Assembly: GCA_045545175.1 (NCBI GenBank)
Contig: JAZQAK010000047.1
Location: forward strand, 98,975 to 122,974
Source of the DNA: Feifaniaceae bacterium
GTDB taxonomy: Bacteria > Bacillota > Clostridia > Oscillospirales > Feifaniaceae
Direction: 5' to 3'
Length of the DNA: 24,000 bases
Shown here: piece after piece, positions 1-9,423 of the stretch
Numbering within the stretch: the first letter of the stretch is position 1
How the letters are laid out: each line of letters opens with the position of its first letter
Program-made: the position numbers and the translations under genes
Notes under the pieces: generated by a model
Databases searched by the model: none
What the model was told of the DNA's origin: nothing
What the model saw: the letters and a program-made list of their open reading frames with translations, nothing else

Positions 1-3000
1 ATACATTTGAACCCCGTCATACTTGAACGTTTGGTTTTCAAAATTAGTAAAAACAAGAACGAGTTTCTTACCTGCTATATAGTCAGAATCTTCTCCCAGC
101 TGCACTTCAACTACATACTTAATTTTGAGGTTTGCTACCGCCTCTTCAATTGCTGTTGCATATCCGTTTATCTTCTCCTGATCATAACCCGTAAGATTAT
201 AGTCAACAGCATTTTTAGCATTATTCAATGCAGCAACAGACTCATCCGTGTAAACCGAAAGATCATCAGGAATAGATGAAATTGCCGTTTCCACTACAGA
301 GTAATCAGCAGACGGTACATACAGTACACCATCAATATAAACCTGTGTATTCCTATCGGTATTAACATTTTCAACCACAGAAAGAAGTGATGCACTTGAA
401 GCGTCAAGATTTACAACGAGATTTGAAGCACTACCCCTCGCAATTCTGTTAATAACCGAGCCTTCTTCGAGGTCATACACACTTACATATGCAGTTCCTC
501 CAAGCGATTTGCCATTACCGTTGCTGCCACCGTATACGTTGTCGATTATTGCTTTACCCGAAATATCAATATGGGAATCTCCGGTCACATTACCGCTATT
601 AGCACCACCAAATATATTCGGTATCTCCGACGTACCCGTTACATAGATGTATGTGTTTCCGTCAAGATCACTACTAAAGCCTCCACCATATATACCCGCA
701 ACTTTTTCATTTTTCTCAACAAAAGTCGTATTGTTTGCATATATGTACGTATTACCTTTATGTGCAATACCAAAGCTGCCACCGAATACTCGAGTCAGAT
801 TACCCGAACCATCTAGAAGCATCTTTGTATCCCCTACTGCACCAGTTGCAGGCTTTTTTCCTGTGCCTTCACTATTACTGATACCGGCAAAGAAATTAAA
901 GTCAAGATAATCTTTGTCTTTGCTGTTAAGTGCAGAGTATATCACATTGCAACCCGTTGCATCATACAAAATCGTCTTAAGTCCGTCACCGTTTTTGACC
1001 ACTGTCGGTATAATATCACCGGTTGAAGAAAATCCAAAAACTCTGTAAGGAATCACAGTGAGGCCTGCATCAACAACCTTCACCTTAATTTCCGGCACTT
1101 CACAATTCCACACATATCCCTCAGCCACAGCCCTGAAAGTAAAGGTTGTGCCTACCGCTTTACCGTCATAGGTTGATGTACATTCCCATGTAACAGGAAG
1201 TTTAATCTCTTTACCGTCTATCGTTACAGGTATCGCATCATAAAATATCGGAGATTCAATATGAGTCACATATTCAGACCAATAAGATGAATTAGCATTG
1301 TCATTATAAGGAAATACCGTATTGGTAACATAACCTGTAAGATTAGTCGCTGTAATAGTTCTTTCTTTAGCAATTCGGTTGTATATCTGACCAAGATGTT
1401 CAGCCATTCCATCGACGATATCCTGATCCTCATAAGGAAGATTATATTCAACAAGAGAGCATGCCTCTTCCCATTTTTCAATATCTTCCTGACTCAATAC
1501 ATCTGTATAAGTATCATATTCTGTTAACATACTCTCTACTTCACTATAGTCAGCATAATAAGGAAGTATTTTTGTATACTCAGTATCAACAGTCATACCT
1601 GAGTCAGTTCCGTCAAACGCAAATTTAAGAAGGCCATTCTTACCGGTAACATAAATATCATTTCTGTCAATCCCGTTACCATCAGTCAACTGGAAAATAG
1701 TAGCATCAATATATCCGCCATATTCTCTCGGGCTTGTGATAGCAACTTTATCGGGATTTACATGATTTATAAATTCATAGCCACTTGATGTGGGATAACC
1801 GTGATGTCCAAGTTTAATTAAATCACAGTCCTTTATCTTCGGTGCAATAATTTCATCATCAAGCCAATCTGTTTCCGATTCCAGATACGTGTCAGCCGCA
1901 AGAAGAATTTTTGCGTCACCGTATGTAAGAAGAGTCGCCATTGAAGCCGTATTCAGATGGTCCTGCATAGGAACTGCCGGATTAAGTGCATAGATTTCAA
2001 CGTCACCTATTGTCATACTGTCATATCTGTTTGCACGCAGAATGGTAGAACCGTATTTTTCTACCGCATTATTGATTGCTGACAATACAGAAATCTGATC
2101 TTGTATGATAAACGTATCAATAGGAAATTGTGCCACAACTTTAGGAAGTCCGCCATAGTGGTCACTGTGCGAATGAGTAATAAGAACATAATCTAATTTA
2201 GTTACGCCAAGCTCCTTAAGAGTTTCAATTACAAGCGGAGCAGTATTTTCCTCACCTGCATCTACGAGCATATTCTGACCATTCGGGAAGGTTATGTACA
2301 TACAGTCACCTATACTGTCATAGTATCTGTATTTGTACTTATCCTCACCGGGATACCTTGTTTCAAGAAATCTTATCACAAGTTTTCCTGCATCACCGTC
2401 AGAGGATATAACTGAATCTCTGTTTTGGGTATAGCGAACAAATTCAAAATTTTCTTCACCTCCAAAATAAGTGATAGTAACGTTATCACCCTCAATAAAA
2501 GGATATACTCTCTGATTGTGTCTTAAAAGACCTTTGTATAACCTTAACGTTGATTTTCCAGTAATATTCTGTGTTTCATACGTATATTCCCACACACCGC
2601 CATATACAGTAGCATCAATATTTCCGTGTACAGTACCTGCACCACTTGTTATGATATACATGAGTTTACCACCATGCTGAATCAGATTTATGTTTCCATA
2701 AACCGTACCCGATGCACCAAGATAAATATTCGTATATGCACCACCGTATACATGCATTTCAATCGAATACTCATCATCTGCATAGTTCTTCGACGAGTCA
2801 CCGGTAGTACTTCCGGACGCACCTCCGCCCATAATGTACTCTTTATGTTGACCGCTTTCAAGAATCACCGTAGTGTGTAAAGTATTACTGCCCGATATGC
2901 CTGCTCCACGTAGATATGCTACGCAACCGCCATCAAGAACGACAGTCGCATCCTTTACAGTTCCTTCACCACCAGCATATAAATTGTTCAGATATCCCGA

Positions 3001-5049
3001 CATAAACGCTATATTGGTAGAGGCAAGACTTGTCCCGGAACTGCCTCCTCCATATACACGTGTCCAACCCGTAATGTCACCACTGTACATAAGTGACATA
3101 TCGTTTGCACGATATAGATATGTACCGTCATCAGCACCTTTGGCAATAACGGACGGCACTCCATTCGCATATAAATATTTCTTAGAAGTATTCACAGATG
3201 CTGTGATGCTATCGTACATATCCATACGCACACCGTTTATATATACGTATTCTGATATTGATGAAGCATACCTTACTCTTGTTACTAGTGCAACGGGTAT
3301 ATCAAGAGTTACTTTACCGGATGTTTCGTTTAAGTCAATTTTATTTTCAACACGAACAACATCACTGTCTACAGCAACTTCAACCCCGCTTCCCTTGACA
3401 TACACAGCATTTATCAGATCTACGTTATCAAAATATGTGTATATACCTGCTATATCAGTTATTTTATAGTTCTTTCTTTCTTCCCCTGAAAATCTAACCG
3501 CTGCTGAATTGATCTCATAGACGTCACCCGATCTGTTAACCTTAGCATCTGTGCTTACTGTAACTTTCATTGAAGGAGAAGTGGTTACATTAAATACCTG
3601 ATCAACTGACAATTCGAACGTGTATACGCCGGCTGTCGGTAAATAATTCTGTGTCGTAAAAGTAGCAGGTATGTCGTATGTATGAGTGTCGTTATTTAAG
3701 GTAAATGACGCCGATACAGTATCAGGCATATCAAGTTCATTAAGTGATATACCTTCAGGGATAACGGTCTCATTTACATATGAAATCGATTCAACAGTTA
3801 CCTCACCCGAATTTGCAACAAGAACGTCTACTGTTGGTAACTCCACGCCATCAGCAAGAACATATTTTTCAGGCAAAACAGGCTTAAACTTGTAAACGCC
3901 AGTTTTTGTTGCAGAATAGTCTGCAGATTCCCATTTAATATCAGAAAGCACGGTTGCCTTTTCCTTTGCATAAACCGTGATACTATCTTTAATAACGTCT
4001 GTTTCTGCTGTTCCAAGATCAGTTACAACAAAATCTGCACCTTTATATTGAACGTCGCTGATAACATCATAGTTTACACCATCAATATAAACATTAACGT
4101 TCTCTTTGCTTATCTGGTATCTCGACAGGTCAAACTTTGCACCCGGAGAAATGTAGAAATTAATCTGTTCCGCATCAGCAGTGTCTATATTTGTGATTTT
4201 ACCTGTAAAATCATCAGCAAGATATATGTTGACCGTTCCGTCATAACTTACGACGTTACTTCCTACCGTTGATCCGTTACCTGAGGTTTTTGCATTGACC
4301 TCATAATGACCGCCGCACGAAAGAGTCTTTATCACAGGTGCGCCTGAAAGATAGATATTTGTAGTACCTTCAAAAGTACCGTTAACGCTTCCTGCATAAA
4401 GGCCGGTATCAATAGTACCGCCATTAACGTAAACTGTACTTGTACCTTTGAAGTTCGTTCCGAAACTTCCGGCAAAGTAATAATTTATACCCGCATTATC
4501 AAGCCAGACGTTAGCAGTCGCAGGTTCTGTCATCGTCTTTTTGTATCCAACACCTGCTATAAGATTTAACGCATGGCCCGTACCTTCCGAAGTCGGCACC
4601 AGATTGTTGAAACCTGTACGGTCATAAAATTTACCGAGAGTATCGCTTGCTTTTCTGAAAGATATGTGCTGACCAACATAATCACGGGCCATAAAATAAC
4701 TTGCACAATGATAGATGCCACCTGATTTGACATTGACAGTTATTGTCGGAGTATCGCAACCAAACGTATATCCTGATGGTGCAACTGCAGTAAATACATA
4801 TGAACCAACCGTATCATAACTATAATTGTCACATTTCCATGTAAACCCATCTACCGTGGTCACTTTGCCCCCGACTACACATTCGAGTGACGAATAGAAC
4901 GTAGGAGTGGTTATCTCTGCTCCTGACCATAAATCCGTTTCACTGACAGGCAGATTTACGCTTGTAATCGTTCCGCCCACTGCCATTGCAGTAATACCTG
5001 TTGGTATCATCAGTAGCAAAGCAAGTATTATAGCAATTATTCTTTTCAT
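1..5049 (-). CDS. Very large secreted multidomain protein (partial; C-terminus beyond left edge): signal peptide, Ig-like modules, Gly-rich beta-repeat arrays, ComEC-like metallo-beta-lactamase domain, FIVAR-like segments
   Basis: Minus-strand frame starting ATG at 5049-5047 (MKRIIAIILALLLMIPTGITAMAVGG...) preceded by AGAGGTGAG Shine-Dalgarno; no TTA/CTA/TCA triplet in plus-strand codons 1-3 through 5047-5049, so open for 1683 codons to the edge. Absent from supplied ORF track, which appears to list only ORFs closed by an in-window stop. Confidence 0.93.
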   Translation of the reverse strand, partial: MKRIIAIILALLLMIPTGITAMAVGGTITSVNLPVSETDLWSGAEITTPTFYSSLECVVGGKVTTVDGFTWKCDNYSYDTVGSYVFTAVAPSGYTFGCDTPTITVNVKSGGIYHCASYFMARDYVGQHISFRKASDTLGKFYDRTGFNNLVPTSEGTGHALNLIAGVGYKKTMTEPATANVWLDNAGINYYFAGSFGTNFKGTSTVYVNGGTIDTGLYAGSVNGTFEGTTNIYLSGAPVIKTLSCGGHYEVNAKTSGNGSTVGSNVVSYDGTVNIYLADDFTGKITNIDTADAEQINFYISPGAKFDLSRYQISKENVNVYIDGVNYDVISDVQYKGADFVVTDLGTAETDVIKDSITVYAKEKATVLSDIKWESADYSATKTGVYKFKPVLPEKYVLADGVELPTVDVLVANSGEVTVESISYVNETVIPEGISLNELDMPDTVSASFTLNNDTHTYDIPATFTTQNYLPTAGVYTFELSVDQVFNVTTSPSMKVTVSTDAKVNRSGDVYEINSAAVRFSGEERKNYKITDIAGIYTYFDNVDLINAVYVKGSGVEVAVDSDVVRVENKIDLNETSGKVTLDIPVALVTRVRYASSISEYVYINGVRMDMYDSITASVNTSKKYLYANGVPSVIAKGADDGTYLYRANDMSLMYSGDITGWTRVYGGGSSGTSLASTNIAFMSGYLNNLYAGGEGTVKDATVVLDGGCVAYLRGAGISGSNTLHTTVILESGQHKEYIMGGGASGSTTGDSSKNYADDEYSIEMHVYGGAYTNIYLGASGTVYGNINLIQHGGKLMYIITSGAGTVHGNIDATVYGGVWEYTYETQNITGKSTLRLYKGLLRHNQRVYPFIEGDNVTITYFGGEENFEFVRYTQNRDSVISSDGDAGKLVIRFLETRYPGEDKYKYRYYDSIGDCMYITFPNGQNMLVDAGEENTAPLVIETLKELGVTKLDYVLITHSHSDHYGGLPKVVAQFPIDTFIIQDQISVLSAINNAVEKYGSTILRANRYDSMTIGDVEIYALNPAVPMQDHLNTASMATLLTYGDAKILLAADTYLESETDWLDDEIIAPKIKDCDLIKLGHHGYPTSSGYEFINHVNPDKVAITSPREYGGYIDATIFQLTDGNGIDRNDIYVTGKNGLLKFAFDGTDSGMTVDTEYTKILPYYADYSEVESMLTEYDTYTDVLSQEDIEKWEEACSLVEYNLPYEDQDIVDGMAEHLGQIYNRIAKERTITATNLTGYVTNTVFPYNDNANSSYWSEYVTHIESPIFYDAIPVTIDGKEIKLPVTWECTSTYDGKAVGTTFTFRAVAEGYVWNCEVPEIKVKVVDAGLTVIPYRVFGFSSTGDIIPTVVKNGDGLKTILYDATGCNVIYSALNSKDKDYLDFNFFAGISNSEGTGKKPATGAVGDTKMLLDGSGNLTRVFGGSFGIAHKGNTYIYANNTTFVEKNEKVAGIYGGGFSSDLDGNTYIYVTGTSEIPNIFGGANSGNVTGDSHIDISGKAIIDNVYGGSNGNGKSLGGTAYVSVYDLEEGSVINRIARGSASNLVVNLDASSASLLSVVENVNTDRNTQVYIDGVLYVPSADYSVVETAISSIPDDLSVYTDESVAALNNAKNAVDYNLTGYDQEKINGYATAIEEAVANLKIKYVVEVQLGEDSDYIAGKKLVLVFTNFENQTFKYDGVQMY
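140..300 (-). other. FIVAR-like helical segment
   Basis: Translated DDLSVYTDESVAALNNAKNAVDYNLTGYDQEKINGYATAIEEAVANLK, typical FIVAR-like pattern. Confidence 0.7.
1365..1560 (-). other. FIVAR-like helical segment (second copy, divergent)
   Basis: Translated YYADYSEVESMLTEYDTYTDVLSQEDIEKWEEACSLVEYNYLPYEDQDIVDGMAEHLGQIYNRI. Confidence 0.5.
1640..2325 (-). other. Metallo-beta-lactamase fold domain (ComEC/Rec2 C-terminal-like) within the large secreted protein
   Basis: Translated: YDSIGDCMYITFPNGQNMLVDAGEEN...LDYVLITHSHSDHYGGLP...LNTASMATLLTYGDAKILLAADTYLESETDW...DLIKLGHHGYPTSSGYEFINHVNPDKVAITS. HSHSDH metal motif at 2158-2175; later Asp (LAADT) and His (GHHG) ligands present. Confidence 0.88.
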
Positions 5050-5084
5050 ATTTCTCACCTCTTATAAAATCCATATACAATATT

Positions 5085-5113
5085 ATTGTAATGAACATTA
5101 CACACATTTGCAA
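5085..5113 (-). promoter_or_regulatory. Candidate SigA-type promoter for the large secreted protein gene
   Basis: Minus strand TTGCAA (5113-5108), 17-bp spacer, TACAAT (5090-5085), followed by SD and ATG at 5049. Confidence 0.6.
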
Positions 5114-5171
5114 CATTTTTTTAAATAAATACTTACACCTCGTAAAATCCATATAACTATACTAAGTATAC

Positions 5172-5208
5172 AAAAAAGAGACATTCGGTAAACGGATGTC
5201 TCTTTTTT
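5172..5208 (-). terminator. Rho-independent terminator downstream of tyrS
   Basis: 13-bp perfect inverted repeat AAAAAAGAGACAT (5172-5184) / ATGTCTCTTTTTT (5196-5208) with 11-nt loop and T-tract. Confidence 0.85.
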
Positions 5209-5214
5209 ATAATA

Positions 5215-6444
5215 TTATTCTATGACGATCTTCACAACCGTCTTTTTACCCTTCTTCAGCACAATGTAACCCTTATCAAACGCCGATTTTTCAACCGTTG
5301 CTTTAACATCAGTAATCTTAACGTCATCAATCAAGATGCCACCCTGCTCAACAAGTGTTCTTGCATCTCTCTTCGACGGACAAACACCGGATGCTACAGC
5401 AATGTCAAGTACACCACAAGTACCTTCAGCCAAAAGTTCTGCGGAAACTGTCTTTTCAGGCATATTTTCGGACACACCGCCTGCACCGAAAAGTTTCTTT
5501 GCCGCTTCCTGTGCCTTATCAGCCTCTTCAACGCCGTGTACCTGCTTTGTTATCTCGTAAGCAAGCACTTCTTTTGCTGCATTGAGCTGACTTCCTTCAA
5601 GTGAACCGTACTTTTCATCAATTTCCGCAACCGAGAGGAAAGTAAGCATTTTCAAGAAACGAACAACGTCAGCATCGTCAACGTTTCTCCAGTACTGGTA
5701 GAAATCATAAGGACTTGTCTTTTCAGGATCAAGCCATACTGCACCCTTCTGCGTTTTACCCATCTTCTTGCCCTCACTGTTGGTAAGAAGTGTAAAAGTC
5801 ATACCGTATGCACTCTTCTGGCTTCTCTTTCTTATAAGTTCAATACCGCCAAGAATATTTGACCACTGATCGTCACCGCCGAGCTGAAGATTACAGCCGT
5901 AATCTTCATTAAGCTTATAGAAATCGTAACCCTGCATCAACATATAGTTAAATTCAAGGAACGAAAGGCCTCTTTCAAGGCGCTGTTTAAAGCACTCTGC
6001 CGACAACATTCTGTTAACCGAATAATGTACTCCGTTATCACGGATAAAGTCGATATAGTTAAGATTTCTCAGCCAGTCGGCATTATTTACCATCATAGCC
6101 TTATTTTCGCCAAATTCAATAATCTTCGACATCTGCTTTTTAAAGCATTCGCAGTTATGATTGATAGTTTCAATCGTCATCATCTGACCCATATCACTTC
6201 TGCCTGAAGGATCGCCTATCATTGCTGTACCGCCACCTATCAGAGCAATCGGTTTATTTCCCGCACGCTGCATTCTTGCCATAATCATCATCTGCATATA
6301 ATGCCCTACGTGAAGGCTGTCAGCAGTGGGGTCAAAACCAATGTAAAACGTACATTTACCGCTGTTAAGCAGTTCCCTTACCTCATCTTCGTGTGTTACC
6401 TGAGCAAGCAGACCTCGCTCCTGAAGTTCTTCGTAAATTCCCAT
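5215..6444 (-). CDS. tyrS: Tyrosyl-tRNA synthetase
   Basis: 409 aa [26 protein letters not shown]...[15 protein letters not shown]...KMGKT; TyrRS class I signatures and C-terminal S4-like region. Confidence 0.97.
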   Translation of the reverse strand: MGIYEELQERGLLAQVTHEDEVRELLNSGKCTFYIGFDPTADSLHVGHYMQMMIMARMQRAGNKPIALIGGGTAMIGDPSGRSDMGQMMTIETINHNCECFKKQMSKIIEFGENKAMMVNNADWLRNLNYIDFIRDNGVHYSVNRMLSAECFKQRLERGLSFLEFNYMLMQGYDFYKLNEDYGCNLQLGGDDQWSNILGGIELIRKRSQKSAYGMTFTLLTNSEGKKMGKTQKGAVWLDPEKTSPYDFYQYWRNVDDADVVRFLKMLTFLSVAEIDEKYGSLEGSQLNAAKEVLAYEITKQVHGVEEADKAQEAAKKLFGAGGVSENMPEKTVSAELLAEGTCGVLDIAVASGVCPSKRDARTLVEQGGILIDDVKITDVKATVEKSAFDKGYIVLKKGKKTVVKIVIE

Positions 6445-6447
6445 AAT

Positions 6448-8115
6448 TTATCTCTCCATTTCATTAATAAGCATTTCTTTTGCGGCTATAAGTGCGGATT
6501 CTGTTATATCCGAACCGCTCATAAGACGTGCTACTTCTTTTGCACGTTCATCTATTGTCAGTTTAGACAAATGCGTATACGTTTTGTCAGCATCCGAATC
6601 TTTGTAGATCAAATAGTGAATGTCCGCCTTTGATGCAATCTGAGGCAGATGTGTAATACATATTACCTGAACTTTTTTTGAAAGTTCATGCATTTTAACA
6701 CCTATTTTATCTGCAGCGCTTCCCGAGACGCCCGTATCTATTTCATCGAATATCAAAGTTTTTACCTTATCAACATCAGCAAATATGCTCTTTATAGCAA
6801 GCATTATACGTGACAGTTCACCGCCCGATGCAACTTTTGACAACGGTTTAGGCGTTTCACCTTTATTTGCCGATATGTAAAACTCAAGTTTTTCACCACC
6901 GTTTATATTAAACTTACACGGTTCTGTCACAACGCTGAATTTCACGTTCGACATATTAAGAAAACTAAGTTCTTTTACAACCTCTTCTTCAAGTTTTACA
7001 CAAGCCTTTCTTCTCTTTTCCGAGAGAATATCAGCCTTCTCTTTCAATTTAAGTAAAAGTATATCATATTCTTTCGAAAGTTGCTCTATTTTTTCAGAAG
7101 AAAATGTAATTCTTTCCAATTCTTTTTTACAATCAGAGCAAAATTCAAGAATTCGTTCTTCATCCGCGCCGTATTTCTGCTTGAGACGGTATATCAAATC
7201 AAGTCTGTCTTCAATTTCCGCAAGTTCATTCTTGTCACAGTCTATAGTGCCGATATAATCTGCCATTTCGTTACGTACGTCGGAAATTGTTTCTTTTGCA
7301 TCCTCCAATGCCTCCGACATCTTACTTATTTTCTGTGATAAATCGCAGTACTGCGACATCAGTTTAATTGCCTGTGAAACGCCTGTCAACGCCCCGTCGT
7401 CATCGGAACCTTCAATATAACCGAATGCACCATTGAGTGCTTCAAGCAGTTTAGCACCGCTTCTTATAACGTTTTTCTTTTCTATCAGCAGTGCTTCTTC
7501 CCCTATTTTAAGAGAAGCTGCTTCAATTTCATTTATCTGATAAGACAATAAATCCGTTTTTCTTTCTTTTTCCGCCTTATCAAGTGATAGATTTTTTATT
7601 TCTTCTCGTACAGAACTTATTTCTCTGTATATCTCACGATATTCATCAAGTTCTCTCTCACATTTGCCAAACGTATCAACAAATTCAAAATGTTTTTCGG
7701 GCAGCATCAAGAACTGTGTATCATTCTGTCCATGAATATTCACAAGCAGTTTTCCTATTTCTTTCAGAAGAGAGGCTGTCACCGGTCTTCCGTCAATTCT
7801 TGCAACACTCTTTCCGTCAAGCGAGAGTTCTCGTGATATCATCAGACTTCGTGTATTGCTGTCAAAGCCAAGTTCATTAAGTTTAGCTACCACAGTTTCA
7901 TCAACGTCACGGAACAGAGCCGAAACGTACGCATTGTTTTCACCGGTACGGATAAGTTCTTTGCTCGTTCGTTCACCGAGAACCATATTTATCGCATCAA
8001 TAATTATTGACTTTCCCGCACCCGTCTCACCTGTGAGCACCGAGAAACCGTTTTCAAAAGTGACGGTTAATTTTGATATTACCGCAACATTTTCTATGTG
8101 TAATTCAGTAAGCAT
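6448..8115 (-). CDS. recN: DNA repair protein RecN
   Basis: 555 aa MLTELHIENVAVISKLTVTFENGFSVLTGETGAGKSIIIDAINMVLGER (Walker A), LSKVASGGELSRIMLAIKS signature, FDEIDTGVSG Walker B. Confidence 0.97.
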   Translation of the reverse strand: MLTELHIENVAVISKLTVTFENGFSVLTGETGAGKSIIIDAINMVLGERTSKELIRTGENNAYVSALFRDVDETVVAKLNELGFDSNTRSLMISRELSLDGKSVARIDGRPVTASLLKEIGKLLVNIHGQNDTQFLMLPEKHFEFVDTFGKCERELDEYREIYREISSVREEIKNLSLDKAEKERKTDLLSYQINEIEAASLKIGEEALLIEKKNVIRSGAKLLEALNGAFGYIEGSDDDGALTGVSQAIKLMSQYCDLSQKISKMSEALEDAKETISDVRNEMADYIGTIDCDKNELAEIEDRLDLIYRLKQKYGADEERILEFCSDCKKELERITFSSEKIEQLSKEYDILLLKLKEKADILSEKRRKACVKLEEEVVKELSFLNMSNVKFSVVTEPCKFNINGGEKLEFYISANKGETPKPLSKVASGGELSRIMLAIKSIFADVDKVKTLIFDEIDTGVSGSAADKIGVKMHELSKKVQVICITHLPQIASKADIHYLIYKDSDADKTYTHLSKLTIDERAKEVARLMSGSDITESALIAAKEMLINEMER

Positions 8116-8137
8116 TTACGCTCTCCACAACATTATT

Positions 8138-8584
8138 TTACAGACAGTCTTTTACTTCTTCAACAAAGGCTTCAGCACTTTTTATGTCTTTAAAAGCCAC
8201 AAATATAGTATCATCACCGGCAATATTACCGACACCCGTATTTGTTATAACGTAGTCTATGGCAACACACGCCGCATTAGCCATACCCGTATGACACTTT
8301 ATAACCGCAATATTCATTGCAGCTTCTACGGACAAAACGGCATCGGCAAGAATATTTTTGTACTTTCCTGTACCCATTTCTCGTTTATCACTATCCACAA
8401 CGGCATAGCAGTACTTATCACCTTTTCTCGTTTTGACGAGTTTAAGTTCTTTAATATCTCTTGATATGGTTGCCTGCGTTACTTTAAACCCGTGTTCCGA
8501 TAGAAGATATGCCAACTCCTCCTGCGTTTCAACAGGAGTATCATTTATAAGTTTTAATATAGTATAATGTCGATTATTCTTCAT
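8138..8584 (-). CDS. argR: Arginine repressor
   Basis: 148 aa with N-terminal wHTH (EELAYLLSEHGFKVTQATISRDIKELKLVK) and C-terminal oligomerisation/Arg-binding domain; conserved position next to recN. Confidence 0.95.
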   Translation of the reverse strand: MKNNRHYTILKLINDTPVETQEELAYLLSEHGFKVTQATISRDIKELKLVKTRKGDKYCYAVVDSDKREMGTGKYKNILADAVLSVEAAMNIAVIKCHTGMANAACVAIDYVITNTGVGNIAGDDTIFVAFKDIKSAEAFVEEVKDCL

Positions 8585-8592
8585 ATCTTCAC

Positions 8593-9423
8593 CTAAAAAT
8601 CAAGTTTTTTACTAAGCAATTCATAGTATGACATATCATCAAGTCTAAGTATCTTGAGTTTTTTATCAGACGTGACAACCTTGACATTGTCTTCAACAGA
8701 AATATTATATTCACCGGCACCGTCAAGCGATAAATAAACGTCATATTCAGTATCATCACACAGTGAGAGTGTTATTTCTGCACCCGCTTCGAAAACAATA
8801 GGTCGGGACGAGAACGAATGTGCGCATATTGGAGTAGCGAGGATGCACTCAACTGCAGGAGATACTATAGGACCACCGCAGGAAAGAGAATATGCCGAAG
8901 AACCCGTAGGAGTAGACAGAACAATTCCGTCTGCCATATACTTATTCACAAATTGCCCGTTACAGAAAAGTTTCAACTCAAGTGTATGGGGATTATTCAT
9001 TTTCAGTATTGCGTCGTTTAGACATATACCGCAAAAAGTATTCTTTTCGTTTGAACAAATTTCAACGTTGAGAACGTTTCTTTCCTCCACCTTGAAATCA
9101 CCGTTAAGAATTTTTTCAAGCTTTGTAAGATCGTTAATTTCAAGCGACGGCATAAACCCAAGTCTGCCGAGATTTACTCCAACTATCGGAATATCATACT
9201 CGTATGCAATTTTTGATGCCTGCAAAAAAGTTCCGTCACCGCCTACCGAAATGACAAAATCACACTTATCATTACCGTTAAACTCGGAAAAACCTTCGAG
9301 CTTTCCACCGCTTAAAATAACCTGCACACCCATTTTATTAAGGTGCCTTGCAATTTTGGCAGAATGTTGCAAAAAAGGGTCTTTTTTCTGATTAACGTAT
9401 AAAAGCACTCTCATATATCTCAC
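8593..9423 (-). CDS. nadK: NAD kinase
   Basis: 276 aa with VISVGGDGTFLQASK and LSTPTGSSAYSLSCGGP motifs. Track start is GTG at 9423; ATG at 9414 (MRVLLYVNQKKD) is an alternative. Confidence 0.95.
   Translation of the reverse strand: MRYMRVLLYVNQKKDPFLQHSAKIARHLNKMGVQVILSGGKLEGFSEFNGNDKCDFVISVGGDGTFLQASKIAYEYDIPIVGVNLGRLGFMPSLEINDLTKLEKILNGDFKVEERNVLNVEICSNEKNTFCGICLNDAILKMNNPHTLELKLFCNGQFVNKYMADGIVLSTPTGSSAYSLSCGGPIVSPAVECILATPICAHSFSSRPIVFEAGAEITLSLCDDTEYDVYLSLDGAGEYNISVEDNVKVVTSDKKLKILRLDDMSYYELLSKKLDF

Noticed and set aside
2873-3469. 198-aa plus-strand ORF (also 7-279, 571-816, 647-910, 2626-2880, 3686-3895, 4048-4272 plus and 1266-1481, 3828-4016 minus)
   Set aside because: All lie antisense or out of frame inside the 1683-codon minus-strand frame, which has a signal peptide, recognisable domains, SD and promoter. 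These small ORFs lack SD support and recognisable domains.
400-4580. Possible DNA-level tandem repeats or CRISPR-like array in the GG-rich region
   Set aside because: Periodicity exists only in the translated protein and is loose. No identical DNA repeats with unique spacers were seen.
4940-5152. 70-aa minus ORF MDFTRCKYLFKKM... upstream of the giant gene
   Set aside because: Overlaps the giant gene start in another frame and spans its promoter; no SD or recognisable family. It arises partly from the leader direct repeat.
8843-9391. 182-aa plus-strand ORF opposite nadK
   Set aside because: Shadow of nadK, whose GGDGT and TPTGSSAY motifs are clear; no independent evidence.
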